A stretch of DNA of 64,000 nt. It comes from a virus. Shown here in pieces: positions 45,455 through 57,700 of the stretch. Below the pieces are notes generated by a model. It saw only the letters and a program-made list of their open reading frames with translations. It did not search any database and was not told the origin of the DNA. The position numbers were made by a program, and so were the translations under genes. The stretch covers positions 5,609-69,608 of IMG/VR virus record IMGVR_UViG_3300000176_000008; one strand, given 5' to 3'. Position 1 is the first letter of the stretch. The number at the start of each line of letters is the position of its first letter.

Positions 45455-45466
45455 GGTGTATTATAA

Positions 45467-47809
45467 ATGGCAATAGATAAAAGAAAACGAGGAGCTCTTC
45501 CGACACCGGGGCCCTTTGTTGCAGAAATTACCAATCATCTAGATACTACCTATATGGGTATGCTAGAAGTTGCTCTTATTAAAAATATTCAAAATCCTAT
45601 ACAGGACCAGGGTAATACCTACATCGTTAGATATCTAAGTCCTTTTTCGGGGAATACCAGTCCTAGATTTGAGGGTAATAATGCCAGCAATTTTAACGAT
45701 GTTCAAAAGAGCTATGGTATGTGGATGATCCCACCGGATGTAGGTACTCGTGTTTTAGTTATATTTGTCGACGGTGATCCTAATCAAGGATACTGGATAG
45801 GGTGTATACAGGACATGTTCCAAAATCACATGGTCCCGGGTATTGCTGCAAGCCAGTATACTTCAATGACCCAAGAACAATTTAACAGATATGGTACAAC
45901 TTATTTGCCTGTTGCTGAATATAATAAAACTGTAGCAGATCAGAATTCCTTGAATCCTAACACGATGAAAAAGCCAATACATCCTTTTGCAGATAGATTG
46001 TTGGCACAAGGATTATTGTTAGACACAATACGAGGTGTTACAACTACAAGTGCTCGCAGAGAAGTACCTAGTCAGGTATTTGGTATCAGTACACCTGGTC
46101 CGTTAGATACTAGTCCTGGAGCTAAGACAGGAAAGATTGGCTATGATGCAGGTATAGATGCTCCTGTGAGCAGGCTAGGTGGCAGTACATTTGTAATGGA
46201 TGATGGGGATATCAACGGACAAAATGAATTGGTAAGAATTCGTACTAGAACAGGTCATCAAATACTTTTACATAATTCTAGCGACTTAATCTACATTGCT
46301 AACAGCAAAGGTACTGCTTGGTTAGAAATGACCAGCAACGGTAAAATAGATATCTACGCCAAAGACAGCGTTAGCATACATAGCGAAGCTGATTTTAACT
46401 TTAGAGCAGATAGAGATATCAACTTAGAAGCGGGTAGAAATATTAATGTTCGTGCTGTGGGAAATATGGAAACTAATGTTACTGGTTATTATTTCCTATT
46501 AGTAGACGACTACGGCAAAATAGCTATTAGAAACGATCTTGACCACACCGTCGGCGGAACTGTTAGAAATACTGTTGCTCAAGACTTAAACTTTTCTGTA
46601 GTAAAAGATTTAAAAATTACCACCGGTCACGAAGTAAATGTTATTTCTGGAGAAAATTTTAAGATAGGTTCGGGTGGTAATTTTAGTATTGATGCTAATG
46701 GCAATATAATACAGACCGGTTCTAAGATTCATATGAATGGGCCTGCTGCACCTGCACCTAATACAGCAGATGCTGCTACACTACCACCACCGTTGTCTAT
46801 CTTTAGTTTACCTAATCGAAATCCTGCAACCAGCTGGGCTTTAAAAAGTAACAAATATAAAACTACAGATATTAAATCTATAATGCAGCGTGTACCTACA
46901 CACGAGCCGTGGGACCAACACGAAAATATTAATCCCAGTCAATTTAGTTCTACAGCAACTGATGTTACACTACAAACAACTCCTACATCACCAAGGGCTG
47001 CTGCAGGAGTACCGCCGAGTCCTGATGCAGGAATTCAACCGCCTGCTAATACTCCTGATGTTATACCGGATACCTGCGATCCTAAGTATGCTAAAGATAT
47101 CAATGCTCCTGCAAGCCAGGCAGGTATTAGTGCTCTTAAGGCCGCCGCCTCACAACTAGGATTAACATCTCCTTATGCTGTTGCTAGTTTGTTGGGTATT
47201 GCTGGTGGAGAAAGCCGTTGGAAAGTGGTTACGGAAAGTTTTAACTACACATCAGCAGCCAGATTGTTACAGGTATTTCCAACGGTGTTTAAAGGCGACC
47301 AATCATTGGCTCAACAATATGTTGGCAATCCTAACAATAGCCTGCCTGAATTTTTATACGGATCTAATACTGCCAAAGGCAAAGGCTTGGGCAATACACA
47401 ATCGGGAGATGGCAGTGCATTTATCGGTCGCGGATTTATACAGCTAACTGGCCGAGCAAATTATGCCAAGTATAGTCAGTTGATGTATAAAAAAGGATTA
47501 GTGTCTAGTCCTACAGCATTGACCGATAAACCTGACATGTTGTCGGACCCAACTATTGCTGCTCAGGTCAGTGTGCTATATTTCTTAGATCGTGTTAAGG
47601 TTGCACAAACTGATGCTGGTTATTTTGAAGCAGCTTGCCAAGCAGTGGGGTTCAATACTCCCGACATACACGCTACAAAATTAGGATTCTATCAATGTTT
47701 CTTAGGACAACTGCAACCTAGCAGTAGTACTCCTTCAAATGCTGTCAAAACAGGTACTGGTGGTATCTTAACCGATAGCCAAGGACACCCAGTAACTACA
47801 GGACAATAA
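45467..47809 (+). CDS. gp5: Baseplate central spike, gp5-like, with a C-terminal GH19 (chitinase-like) lysozyme domain
   Basis: OB-fold (YGMWMIPPDVGTRVLVIF), RIRTRTGHQI, beta-helix repeats and RVPTHEPW..HE, then GES...ESFNY...GRGFIQLTGRANY. Confidence 0.85.
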   Translation: MAIDKRKRGALPTPGPFVAEITNHLDTTYMGMLEVALIKNIQNPIQDQGNTYIVRYLSPFSGNTSPRFEGNNASNFNDVQKSYGMWMIPPDVGTRVLVIFVDGDPNQGYWIGCIQDMFQNHMVPGIAASQYTSMTQEQFNRYGTTYLPVAEYNKTVADQNSLNPNTMKKPIHPFADRLLAQGLLLDTIRGVTTTSARREVPSQVFGISTPGPLDTSPGAKTGKIGYDAGIDAPVSRLGGSTFVMDDGDINGQNELVRIRTRTGHQILLHNSSDLIYIANSKGTAWLEMTSNGKIDIYAKDSVSIHSEADFNFRADRDINLEAGRNINVRAVGNMETNVTGYYFLLVDDYGKIAIRNDLDHTVGGTVRNTVAQDLNFSVVKDLKITTGHEVNVISGENFKIGSGGNFSIDANGNIIQTGSKIHMNGPAAPAPNTADAATLPPPLSIFSLPNRNPATSWALKSNKYKTTDIKSIMQRVPTHEPWDQHENINPSQFSSTATDVTLQTTPTSPRAAAGVPPSPDAGIQPPANTPDVIPDTCDPKYAKDINAPASQAGISALKAAASQLGLTSPYAVASLLGIAGGESRWKVVTESFNYTSAARLLQVFPTVFKGDQSLAQQYVGNPNNSLPEFLYGSNTAKGKGLGNTQSGDGSAFIGRGFIQLTGRANYAKYSQLMYKKGLVSSPTALTDKPDMLSDPTIAAQVSVLYFLDRVKVAQTDAGYFEAACQAVGFNTPDIHATKLGFYQCFLGQLQPSSSTPSNAVKTGTGGILTDSQGHPVTTGQ

Positions 47810-47819
47810 ATATTATATC

Positions 47820-48263
47820 ATGCCATACAAGTCAATTGAAATATCTAATGCTAATGCAGTACAACAGCAGGTAACTAAAACCAGTCAGTTTTATGTTGGC
47901 TTCAGCACACAAAATCCTGCCAATACTACATCAAAGCTCTTTGACCTTGATTTGATTGCACAGGATATCTTAAATCAATTCAATACTCGAAAAGGCGAAA
48001 GGGTGATGAAGCCTGCCTTTGGTAGTATTATCTGGGATGCTATAATGGAACCAATGACTCCTCAATTACGAGAAGCATTGAATCAAGATATTAAAACTAT
48101 CTGCACTAGCGATCCTAGAGCTACTCCAACACAAATTAAATTAACAGAGTATAATACTGGATATATCATAGAAGTAACTCTCGTGCTCAATGGTACTGAC
48201 CAGTCTACTAATTTAAAACTAACCTTTGATCAAAACATTGGTTTAACGGTACAGCAACAATAA
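47820..48263 (+). CDS. gp25: Baseplate wedge/sheath initiator, gp25-like
   Basis: DILNQFNTRKGERVMKPAFGSIIWD...DPR. Confidence 0.9.
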   Translation: MPYKSIEISNANAVQQQVTKTSQFYVGFSTQNPANTTSKLFDLDLIAQDILNQFNTRKGERVMKPAFGSIIWDAIMEPMTPQLREALNQDIKTICTSDPRATPTQIKLTEYNTGYIIEVTLVLNGTDQSTNLKLTFDQNIGLTVQQQ

Positions 48264-48308
48264 TGTACCAAGTTTATGCATACAATAAATACGGTATAGA
48301 GCAATAAT

Positions 48309-51300
48309 ATGACCATTCCAGCAACAAACTCACAGCTACTAGTTACAGAAGATTGGACCAAAATATATCAATCCTTTCGTAACGCAGACTTTCAAAGTTA
48401 CGATTTTGACACTATTCGTCGTATTTTAATTTCTTATCTACAAGAAAACTATCCCGAAGATTTTAATGACTTCATTGATAGCAGTGAATATATTGCTCTA
48501 GTCGATCTTATTGCCTATATGGGGCAAAATTTAAGTTTCCGTATTGACTTAAATGCCCGTGAAAATTTCTTAGAAACTGCCCAACGTCGAGATAGCATAC
48601 TACGTTTGGCTCAACTAGTTGGTTATGTTCCTAAGCGGAATATTCCTGCTAGTGGATTGTTAAAGATAACCAGTGTTTCTACTACAGAAAATGTCATTGA
48701 TGCAACGGGAGTTAATCTCGCCAATGTTAGTGTTGCATGGAACGATCCTTCAAATACTAATTGGTACCAACAATTTATTGCGGTTATGAACGCGGCCATG
48801 CCCGGGTCTACAGCATTTGGTGTACCTAATGATCGTAATGAAAATTTAAACGGAATTTATACAGAACAATATCTGATCAATAGTTCTAATGTTGATGTAC
48901 CTGCTTATAGTTTTAGCCAAAACATAAATGGTACCTATATGAATTTTGAAATTGTACCTGCTACATTTTCTGGCAAAGATTTTATATATGAATCTGCCCC
49001 TGCCCCTAGAACTGCAGTGAGCCTCATTTATCAAAATGATAATCAAGGTTCTGGTAGTGCAAACACCGGCTTCTTTGCATTTTTCAAACAAGGTGCTTTA
49101 GCCTTGAGCAATTTTACAATTAATAATCCAGTACCTGATGAAATTATTGGTATCAATGTCAGTGGTATTAATAATACTGATGTTTGGCTATGGCAATTAA
49201 ATGCAGACGGTACATATCCGTCTGCACCTTGGACACAGGTTCCTAATGTCATCGGTAATAATGTTATCTATAATAGTCTTAAACAAAATGTTAGAAATGT
49301 ATATAGTGTGACTAACAGAGATACGGATCAGATAGATTTAAATTTTGCCGACGGTAGTTTTGGAAATTTACCTAAAGGGCAGTTTGTTTTATACTATAGA
49401 CAAAGTAACGGTCTTGTATATTCTATCACTCCCCAACAAATGAGCGGTATAAGCGTTGATATTCCTTATATTAACAAAGCAGGACAACCTAACAAATTAA
49501 CATTAACACTAGGTCTTCAATATACCGTTAATAATAGTGCGGCCACTGAAACTAATGCTAGTATTCAACAAAATGCCCCTCAAAACTATTATCTACAGAA
49601 CCGTATGGTCACTGCTGAGGATTATAATATTGCTCCACTGACAGTTACCAGTAATGTATTGAAAGTTAAAAGCGTTGCTCGAGTTTCTAGCGGAGTAAGC
49701 AAATACTTTGAATTAAGTGATGTTAGTGGAAAATACAGCTCTACTAATATATTTGCTGACGACGGAGTATTATATAAAAATATCTCTCAAAATAGTTTTG
49801 AATTTTCTTTTATCAGCAATAATCAAATTTTTACTGCTATAAAAAAACACCTAGAACCTATTATTGCTAGTAGATCTTTATTGTCTTTCTATTTAGATCA
49901 ATACAGAAAATCCAGCTATGCAATTACTGCCAGCGGATATACTTGGAATCTAACTAATGCTGTTGCAGGTCAAAGTCGCGGTTATTTTAAAGCCGGCACT
50001 ACTCCTCAACCTGTAGGATCGAGTGCCTATGCTCCTTTATCTTATATAACTGCCGGATCGATGATTAAGTTTGTTCCACCGGCTGGTAGTTACTTTTTAC
50101 CTAACGGAAAAATAACATCGATTCAATCGAGTAAAACTGTTAGCTATATGTGGACCACAGTATTGCAGGTAATAGGAGACGGTGCTAATAACGGCCTGGG
50201 AAATCTAAATGACGGAACTGGTCCTGTTATTTTCAGCAATAATATAGGTAATGGTGCTGTTCCAACAGAAATTATTCCGGCATTTATTAGTTCTTTTTCT
50301 TATTCGTTTGAATCAGATATTGTAAATTTATGCTTGACTCAAACTAACTTTGGTTTAAGTTTTGATGTTGTTAATAGAACCTGGAATGTTATTCTAGATA
50401 CTAATTTAAACCTAGCTGATTCGTTTAGTCTCACTAATCAAAATGATGATACTAATACAAATAAAGATTCAAGCTGGTTAGTGGCATTTACCTGGACAGG
50501 AATTTCTTATAAAGTATTGTATAGAACCTGCAACTATATATTTGAAAGTATAAAACAAACTGGATTTATGGTAGATTCTGCTAGTGTAAATTTTGACTAT
50601 ACCAATAATTCTGTTGTTAAAGATCAAATTGACGTATTATCAGTAAATGCTGCTCCTAACACTAGCTCGGCACTTGGTGTTGATTATAAATGGCAAATTG
50701 ATGACTCGATTGTCGAGTCTGACGGTTATGTTGATCCTAGCAAAGTATTGGTTAGTTTCTATACCTACGAAGGATCAGGCACTGTTAGTGAAATGACCAA
50801 TCCTGATACATTTAATAATATTGTAGGCAGCATCAATACAGGTACTTCGGATTCTTATGTAATGTTTGAACTAGGATCCGACGGCTTAACATATAACTTA
50901 TTAGACAGTTCGTTGTATATTGTTTATAACACAGAACAAGATGCATTAAACGCAGGTCTTGATAGTGATTATCTATATTATATAGTCAATGACGGTGCAG
51001 TAAAAAATGTAAGTGCTAACGGATTGCAATTGGTTTATAACCCTAATTATCTATGTTATGCCGGTCGTAGTGGATTGAAATTCCAGTATCAACATAACAC
51101 TGGTCAAGATTACAGAATTGATCCTAGTAAGAGTAATATCATTGATGTTTACATGTTGACTACAGCCTATGATACTGCATTTAGAAACTGGTTATCTACA
51201 GGCAACGGAACCCAACCTTTACCGCCTACTAGTCAAAGTCTTGCATCAAACTACTCCAGTGACTTAGAACCTATTAAAACAATCAGCGACGAGATCATTT

Positions 51301-51707
51301 ACCAACCGGTAACATATAAAGTTCTATTTGGCAGTTCTGCTCCTGCTAGTTTGCAAGGTACTTTTAAAGCTGTTCAATCAGCTTCTAGCACAAAGAGTCA
51401 GAATGAAATTATTGCTAGTATTTTATCTGCAATCAATCAATTCTTTGCATTAGAAAATTGGGACTTTGGTCAGAGTTTTTACTTCAGTGAATTATCTGCT
51501 TATGTTATGAACTTGTTAACACCTGATATTACTAACTTTGTTATTGTACCTACTGTTAATAACTTTGGAAGTTTATATGAAGTTGCTTGTCAAAGTAACG
51601 AAATTTTTATAAGTGGAGCAACTGCTGCTGATATAAAAGTTATATCAGCTATTACTGCCAGCCAATTGAATACTACTTCTATTATAACCAACGCTAATAA
51701 TTCTTAA
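48309..51707 (+). CDS. gp6: Baseplate wedge protein, gp6-like
   Basis: DFDTIR...DFNDF...LIAY...ENFLETAQRRDSILRLAQLVGY, FADGSFG and RMVTAEDY. Confidence 0.85.
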   Translation: MTIPATNSQLLVTEDWTKIYQSFRNADFQSYDFDTIRRILISYLQENYPEDFNDFIDSSEYIALVDLIAYMGQNLSFRIDLNARENFLETAQRRDSILRLAQLVGYVPKRNIPASGLLKITSVSTTENVIDATGVNLANVSVAWNDPSNTNWYQQFIAVMNAAMPGSTAFGVPNDRNENLNGIYTEQYLINSSNVDVPAYSFSQNINGTYMNFEIVPATFSGKDFIYESAPAPRTAVSLIYQNDNQGSGSANTGFFAFFKQGALALSNFTINNPVPDEIIGINVSGINNTDVWLWQLNADGTYPSAPWTQVPNVIGNNVIYNSLKQNVRNVYSVTNRDTDQIDLNFADGSFGNLPKGQFVLYYRQSNGLVYSITPQQMSGISVDIPYINKAGQPNKLTLTLGLQYTVNNSAATETNASIQQNAPQNYYLQNRMVTAEDYNIAPLTVTSNVLKVKSVARVSSGVSKYFELSDVSGKYSSTNIFADDGVLYKNISQNSFEFSFISNNQIFTAIKKHLEPIIASRSLLSFYLDQYRKSSYAITASGYTWNLTNAVAGQSRGYFKAGTTPQPVGSSAYAPLSYITAGSMIKFVPPAGSYFLPNGKITSIQSSKTVSYMWTTVLQVIGDGANNGLGNLNDGTGPVIFSNNIGNGAVPTEIIPAFISSFSYSFESDIVNLCLTQTNFGLSFDVVNRTWNVILDTNLNLADSFSLTNQNDDTNTNKDSSWLVAFTWTGISYKVLYRTCNYIFESIKQTGFMVDSASVNFDYTNNSVVKDQIDVLSVNAAPNTSSALGVDYKWQIDDSIVESDGYVDPSKVLVSFYTYEGSGTVSEMTNPDTFNNIVGSINTGTSDSYVMFELGSDGLTYNLLDSSLYIVYNTEQDALNAGLDSDYLYYIVNDGAVKNVSANGLQLVYNPNYLCYAGRSGLKFQYQHNTGQDYRIDPSKSNIIDVYMLTTAYDTAFRNWLSTGNGTQPLPPTSQSLASNYSSDLEPIKTISDEIIYQPVTYKVLFGSSAPASLQGTFKAVQSASSTKSQNEIIASILSAINQFFALENWDFGQSFYFSELSAYVMNLLTPDITNFVIVPTVNNFGSLYEVACQSNEIFISGATAADIKVISAITASQLNTTSIITNANNS

Positions 51708-51709
51708 TA

Positions 51710-54700
51710 ATGACAACCGCAACTATTCGATCAGTTAATTTTTTACCTATCACTTTGCAAACTGATAGAAATGCAAAATTTCTAGCCAGCACGCTGGATC
51801 AAATGATTCAACCTGCTCAGTTGGAACGCATCGACGGCTATATCGGTTCTAAGTTAACACCTACTTACAACTCTACCAGTGATGTTTACATTGCTGAAAA
51901 TACGGAATTAAGACGAGATTATCAGCTAGATCCTGCTCTAGTAACTAGAGATGCTCTTAGCAACATACAAGATGTGCAAGGTTACGACGATCTTATCAAC
52001 GAACTTGGTGTAAAAGGTGCAAATACTAATAATTTAGATAGATTGTTTAGATCTGAAATTTATTCTTACAATCCTCATATCGATTGGGATAAACTTGTTA
52101 ACTATCAGCACTACTACTGGATGGGTACAGATACTACAGAAGTTATTGAAATTATTACTCCTGGGTTGGATGTTGACAGAGATATTGTAGGACAACCTTC
52201 TTATACTTTTACAGCTACAGTCACTGGATTAAATGTTACATTGTCTAATGGTATGATAGTGACATTTAGTAATCCTGAAGTGAATAAAAAATATTGGCGT
52301 AATGAATACTATGTAGAGGGTGTAGGCACCAGCATTACTCTAGTACTACTTGACGATCTTGTAGTCTCTGCCAATACCTATACAGAATATGTTAGCTATT
52401 CGTCAGTTTACAGAGACCAATTTGACGGTGATTCTTTTGCAAACTTTGGTTTTGATTCTAACAGACGCTTGCCGGTTAATCCTGAATATATTACAATCAA
52501 TCGTGCCAGCCCCGATTTAAATCCTTGGTCTAGATATAATCGCTGGGTGCATCGAGATGTTATTATTGCAAGTGCAGCAGCTAATGGAATACCGCCAGTT
52601 CTTCCTGCTGATAAACGAGCACAGCGACCTATTGTAGAATTTAATGCAGGAATTCAGCTTTATAATTTTGGATCAATTGGTATAGAGCCAGTTGACTTTA
52701 TTGACACCACCAGTGTTTTTCCTTTTAATGATATAGACGGTGTCCTTGTTAATCCTAGAACAGGTCTTTCATTGGTGTATGTTGATGGAGTGATGCTAGA
52801 ACCCGGTCATCGTATTATTTTTAATGCCGCCGAAGATCCTCGCATCGTTGGAAAAATATATGAAGTGGTATTTGTTTCTATTAACGGAAAATTAACCGTT
52901 ACTTTACAACCTACCTATGACAATGTTCCTAGCGTTTCTGATGTAGTAACAATTACTAATGGATCAACTTATGCAGGATCTAGTTGGTGGTATAATGGCA
53001 GCACTTGGATTTTTGCACAACAAAAAACTAAATTAAATCAGGCTCCCTTATTTGATTTATTCGACGAGTCTGGCAACAGCTATAGCGATACTGATTATTA
53101 CTTAGACAATTTTACTGGTAATCAAATTTTTGGTTATCAAGTGGGTACAGGCGAAGCAGATCCTTATCTAGGATTCCCTCTTTCATATAGAAATATCAAT
53201 GCCATAGGTAGTTTCTTGTTTGCTAATTACTTTAGTAATGATAAAATTAATGTTGTAATTAATTCATTAGAATCGTATTCTATTCCAACCTCTATTACAT
53301 ACTTTAAAGTAGGAAATAATTTTTATAATATCTGGGATAGTGTTCCTAATTATCATTTACCTATTTTACAGGTCACAACACCTAAGTTTTCTACATCAAC
53401 AATACAACTGACATCAGTTAATAGCCCGTTATTGGATAAAGATTTAATCACAGATGTATACCTAAATAATTCTCAAATAAAATTAACCAACGACAAATAC
53501 TCGATAACAACAAGTTCTGTCGGCGGATATTTCATAAATTTTAACAATACATTAACTAATTCTGATGTTGTATTAATTGAAGCTTACACTTCTCAGACTC
53601 CTACAAATTCTGGATACTATTTAGAGTCTCTAAGTTTAACTAACAATCCGTTAAATGGTTCTATATCGTCTTTTACACTCAGTGAATTAACAGAACATGT
53701 TAATACTATGATTAATAAATTGCCTAATTATCAAACTACAATGTTAGGCGGTACTAATCTTAGAGACATGGGCAATTATAGCCACCTCGGTACTCAATTG
53801 ATATCTAATGCAAATCCTATTTCTTTTGCACACATGTTTATTGGTAAAAAAGAACATAGCATTATAGATGCAATTACCAAGGCTAGTGATCAATATAATC
53901 AATTTAAATTTGGTTTAATAAATCAATTAACTAAATCTAGTAATCAAACAGATACTATTGCTGCCCTAGATCAAGCACTGACTACAATGAATGTTAGTCA
54001 GGGTCCTCTAAGTCCGTATTATCAATCAGATATGTTGGCCTACGGCAATGATGCTAAATTAAGATCTTGGGTAGTAGCAGATATTAATGTTACAAGCTAT
54101 CCATTATTCACAGAATTTGATCTAAACTCGTTGAGTCAACGATCTGTGTTGGTATATGTAAACGGAAAACAATTAGTCTACGGCAGAGATTATACGTTTG
54201 ATACTGTTGATCCGTTGGTAAACATTTTAATAAAATTAAATTTTGGTGATAAAATTTTATTAAAGGACTATGCAGATACTCGCGGATCTTTTATTCCGCC
54301 TACTCCTAGCAAGCTGGGTCTATATCCTAAGTATGTTCCATCTATTTTTATCGATACTACTTATGTGGTACATCAGCGAGTCATACAAGGACACGACGGC
54401 AGTATTACTGTTGCCTACGGCGATTATAGAGATGATGCAATTTTAGAGTTTGAAAAGCGTGTCTATAATAATATAAAGGTAGGATACAATCCCGACCTAT
54501 TAGATGTTAATACAATTATACCTGGTGCATTTAGAACAACAGACTATTCCATTGACGAAATTAATGCAATAGTCACTGAAGATTTTACAAGATGGGCTGG
54601 AAAATACAGCATTGACTATACAGACAATACTAAATTTTTCAGTGCATCTACCCCAAAGACTTGGAATTATTCTAAATCCTACAGCTCACTATTAGACAGC

Positions 54701-57700
54701 CCTGTATCAGGATCTTGGAGATCGTTGTTTAAATATTTCTACGACACTGATCGCCCTCATATTTGTCCTTGGGAAATGCTAGGATTCAGTGTTATGCCCG
54801 ACTGGTGGGAAGATAGATACGGACCTGCCCCGTATACTTCCGGTAATGGAATTTTATGGAATGATTTAGAACAAGGATATATTGCCGATGGTCCTACTAA
54901 AGGAGTTCATGCTTTTTATGCTCGTCCTGGTCTAAGCGAAATTATACCTGTGGATGACTATGGCAAGTTGTTATCACCGATTGATAATCTTGTCACTGCC
55001 GGAGCACCGCCTGATATACGCCGCGACTGGCAAGCAGGCGACCAAGGTCCTCAAGAAACTGCTTGGCGTAGAAGTAGTTACTGGCCATTTGCACTACAAA
55101 AATTGTTAGCATTGACTAGACCATTAGTCTACGCATCATATATGTATGACCCTAGTCGAATGTTTAAAAATTCTGCAGGTCAGTGGACATATGGATCTGA
55201 ATATAAGTTTTTAAATATTAACTCCGTTCCTATCTTTGAAAAAAATAATGCATTGACTAATGGTTATAGTGTGTTAGTTTCAGAAGTAGGACAACAAAGA
55301 TCTACTAATTATCTCAATGAATTGCAACAAGATTTATCTTATGCAAACTATAATCTATTCTTTAAGGTAGGCGGATTTGTTGATCAATCAACCTTGCAAG
55401 TTATTATTGATGCATATGAACCTACTACTAGAGATCCGGGTGCATTGTTACCTAATCAGAATTATACTCTTAGACTAAATTCTAGCAACCCTATTTTATC
55501 GCTAGGAGTGTCTGGAATTATTATAGAAAAAAATAATGGAAATTTTGTAATCAAAGGGTACGACACTCAAGAGCCATATTTTAATTGTTATGCTCCTTTA
55601 AGAAATTCTAATACTCGTACAATAACCATTGGCGGGGTTACTGAGCCATATGTTACCTGGAGTCCTAGCGGGTCTCAAGGAGCTACTGGTTTATCTACCG
55701 AACAAGTTACCACTGCCAAGGCAGGCAATTCTACAAACTTCTATCCTGTAGGTCAAATTGTTCAATATGGTAGTAATTATTATAGAGTTACTGTAGCACA
55801 TCAAGCAGAACAAGTGTTTAATTCTGCGTTATATCAAATTCTACCTAGCTTGCCTACCAAGGGCGGTGCTACGGTTCAAATAGCTTTAAACTTTAATCCT
55901 ACTCCGACTCGTGTGCTGTATGGAACAGAATTTACATCTATACAGGAAGTATATGATTTCATTCTAGGCTACGGTCGCTGGTTAACTGATCAAGGATTTA
56001 TATTCGACGAACATAATATTGATCTAGATGTAGTTTTAGATTGGAATTTTTCTGCCAATGAGTTCCTCTTTTGGTCGACACAAAATTGGGGCGACACTAG
56101 CGTACTCACAATAAGTCCATTTGCTGATAAAATTAAATTCCAAGCTGACCGAGTGGTAGTTGATAATTTGTTTAACAATTTTTATCAATATAGTATATTA
56201 AAAGCTGACGGCAATCCGTATCCTCAAAAGGATCTAACTATTTCTAGATTAAATGGATTGTGCACAATTGCTACCCTACCTAATACGGCTGGCATATATT
56301 TTGCTAGATTAAATTGCATACAAAAAGAACACGGAATTATATTTGATAATAAAGATGATTTTGGCGATGTTATTTTTAATATTGAAACTGGCAGTCGTCA
56401 ACACAGAATGAAATTAGTAGGTTTTAGAACTGCTAATTGGAACGGTGATATTTATAGTCCCGGATTTATCTATGATCAAGCAATAACCAGCGTATGGTCT
56501 CCGTATGTTTCGTATCGTCCTGGGGATGTTGTTTATTACAACGGAAATTATTACAGTGCAATTAATGCAATAGGTGCTACACCGGCATTTGATGCAACAC
56601 AGTGGAATACACTAACAGGTAAACCAAAGCCTAAATTATTACCAAACTTTAATTATAAAACTAATCAGTTCCAAGATTTCTATAGCCTAGACATCGATAA
56701 CTTTGATGTTGGTCAAGAAAAAATGGCACAGCATTTAACAGGATACACTCCTCGAGTATATCTAAACAATGTCTTTACTGATCCTATTGCACAATATAAA
56801 TTCTATCAAGGATTTATTAAAGAAAAAGGTACAGAGAATGCCATTGCCAAATTAGGCAAAGCTAGCCTACAAAATCTACAAGGTGATATTACCTATAACG
56901 AAGAATGGGCATTCCGCGTAGGCCATTATGGCTCTTATTCTACCTATCAAGAAATAGAGATTCCTTTAACTGAAGGAACATTTATAGAAAATCCGCAAAT
57001 CATCAGTCTAGTAGATTCGGTCCCGACTTCAAATCCTAATGATTCTATACACTATGTTACTCCTAGTGATTTAGAAATTCTACCAAAGAATTATACGGCT
57101 AGTCAATCATTTATTACAACATCAACGACTGATATAATAAAATTATTGTCAGCAGGTTATGTAAGACTTGATGATGTTACTGCCACAGCCTACAACGAAA
57201 ACAGTTTATTGGATATTGCAAATAACAATAAACTAAACAGCGGTGACACGGTGTGGCTAGGATTTACACAAGATGGCAACTGGGATGTTTTACGTTATAC
57301 AAAATCACCTGCGCAAGTAGTAGGAGTATATGTCAGCAGCCCAGTAAGTCGTATTACATTTACCACAGACAGGGCGCATAATTTATCAGCAGGCACGGTT
57401 GTATCTGTTGTTAATTTCAATGGACAAGTGGACGGTGTATATATTGTTCAAGAAATACCTCAGTATACCCAATTCTCTGTTGCTAGCACACTGGCTTCTA
57501 TTACCAATGCGCCGTTGTTGTCGCCAGGACAACTATTTGAATTTGTCAGTGCTAGATATACGTCTTTTGATGCCCTACCTAGTGATGCAGATCTTTATCT
57601 AAACAATGAAGGATCTCTATACTGGGTAGACGGTGCTCAAGACGGCTCTACTCCTTGGGCAGTATACGAAAAAGTAAACAACTATACTTCCGAAGCCTAT

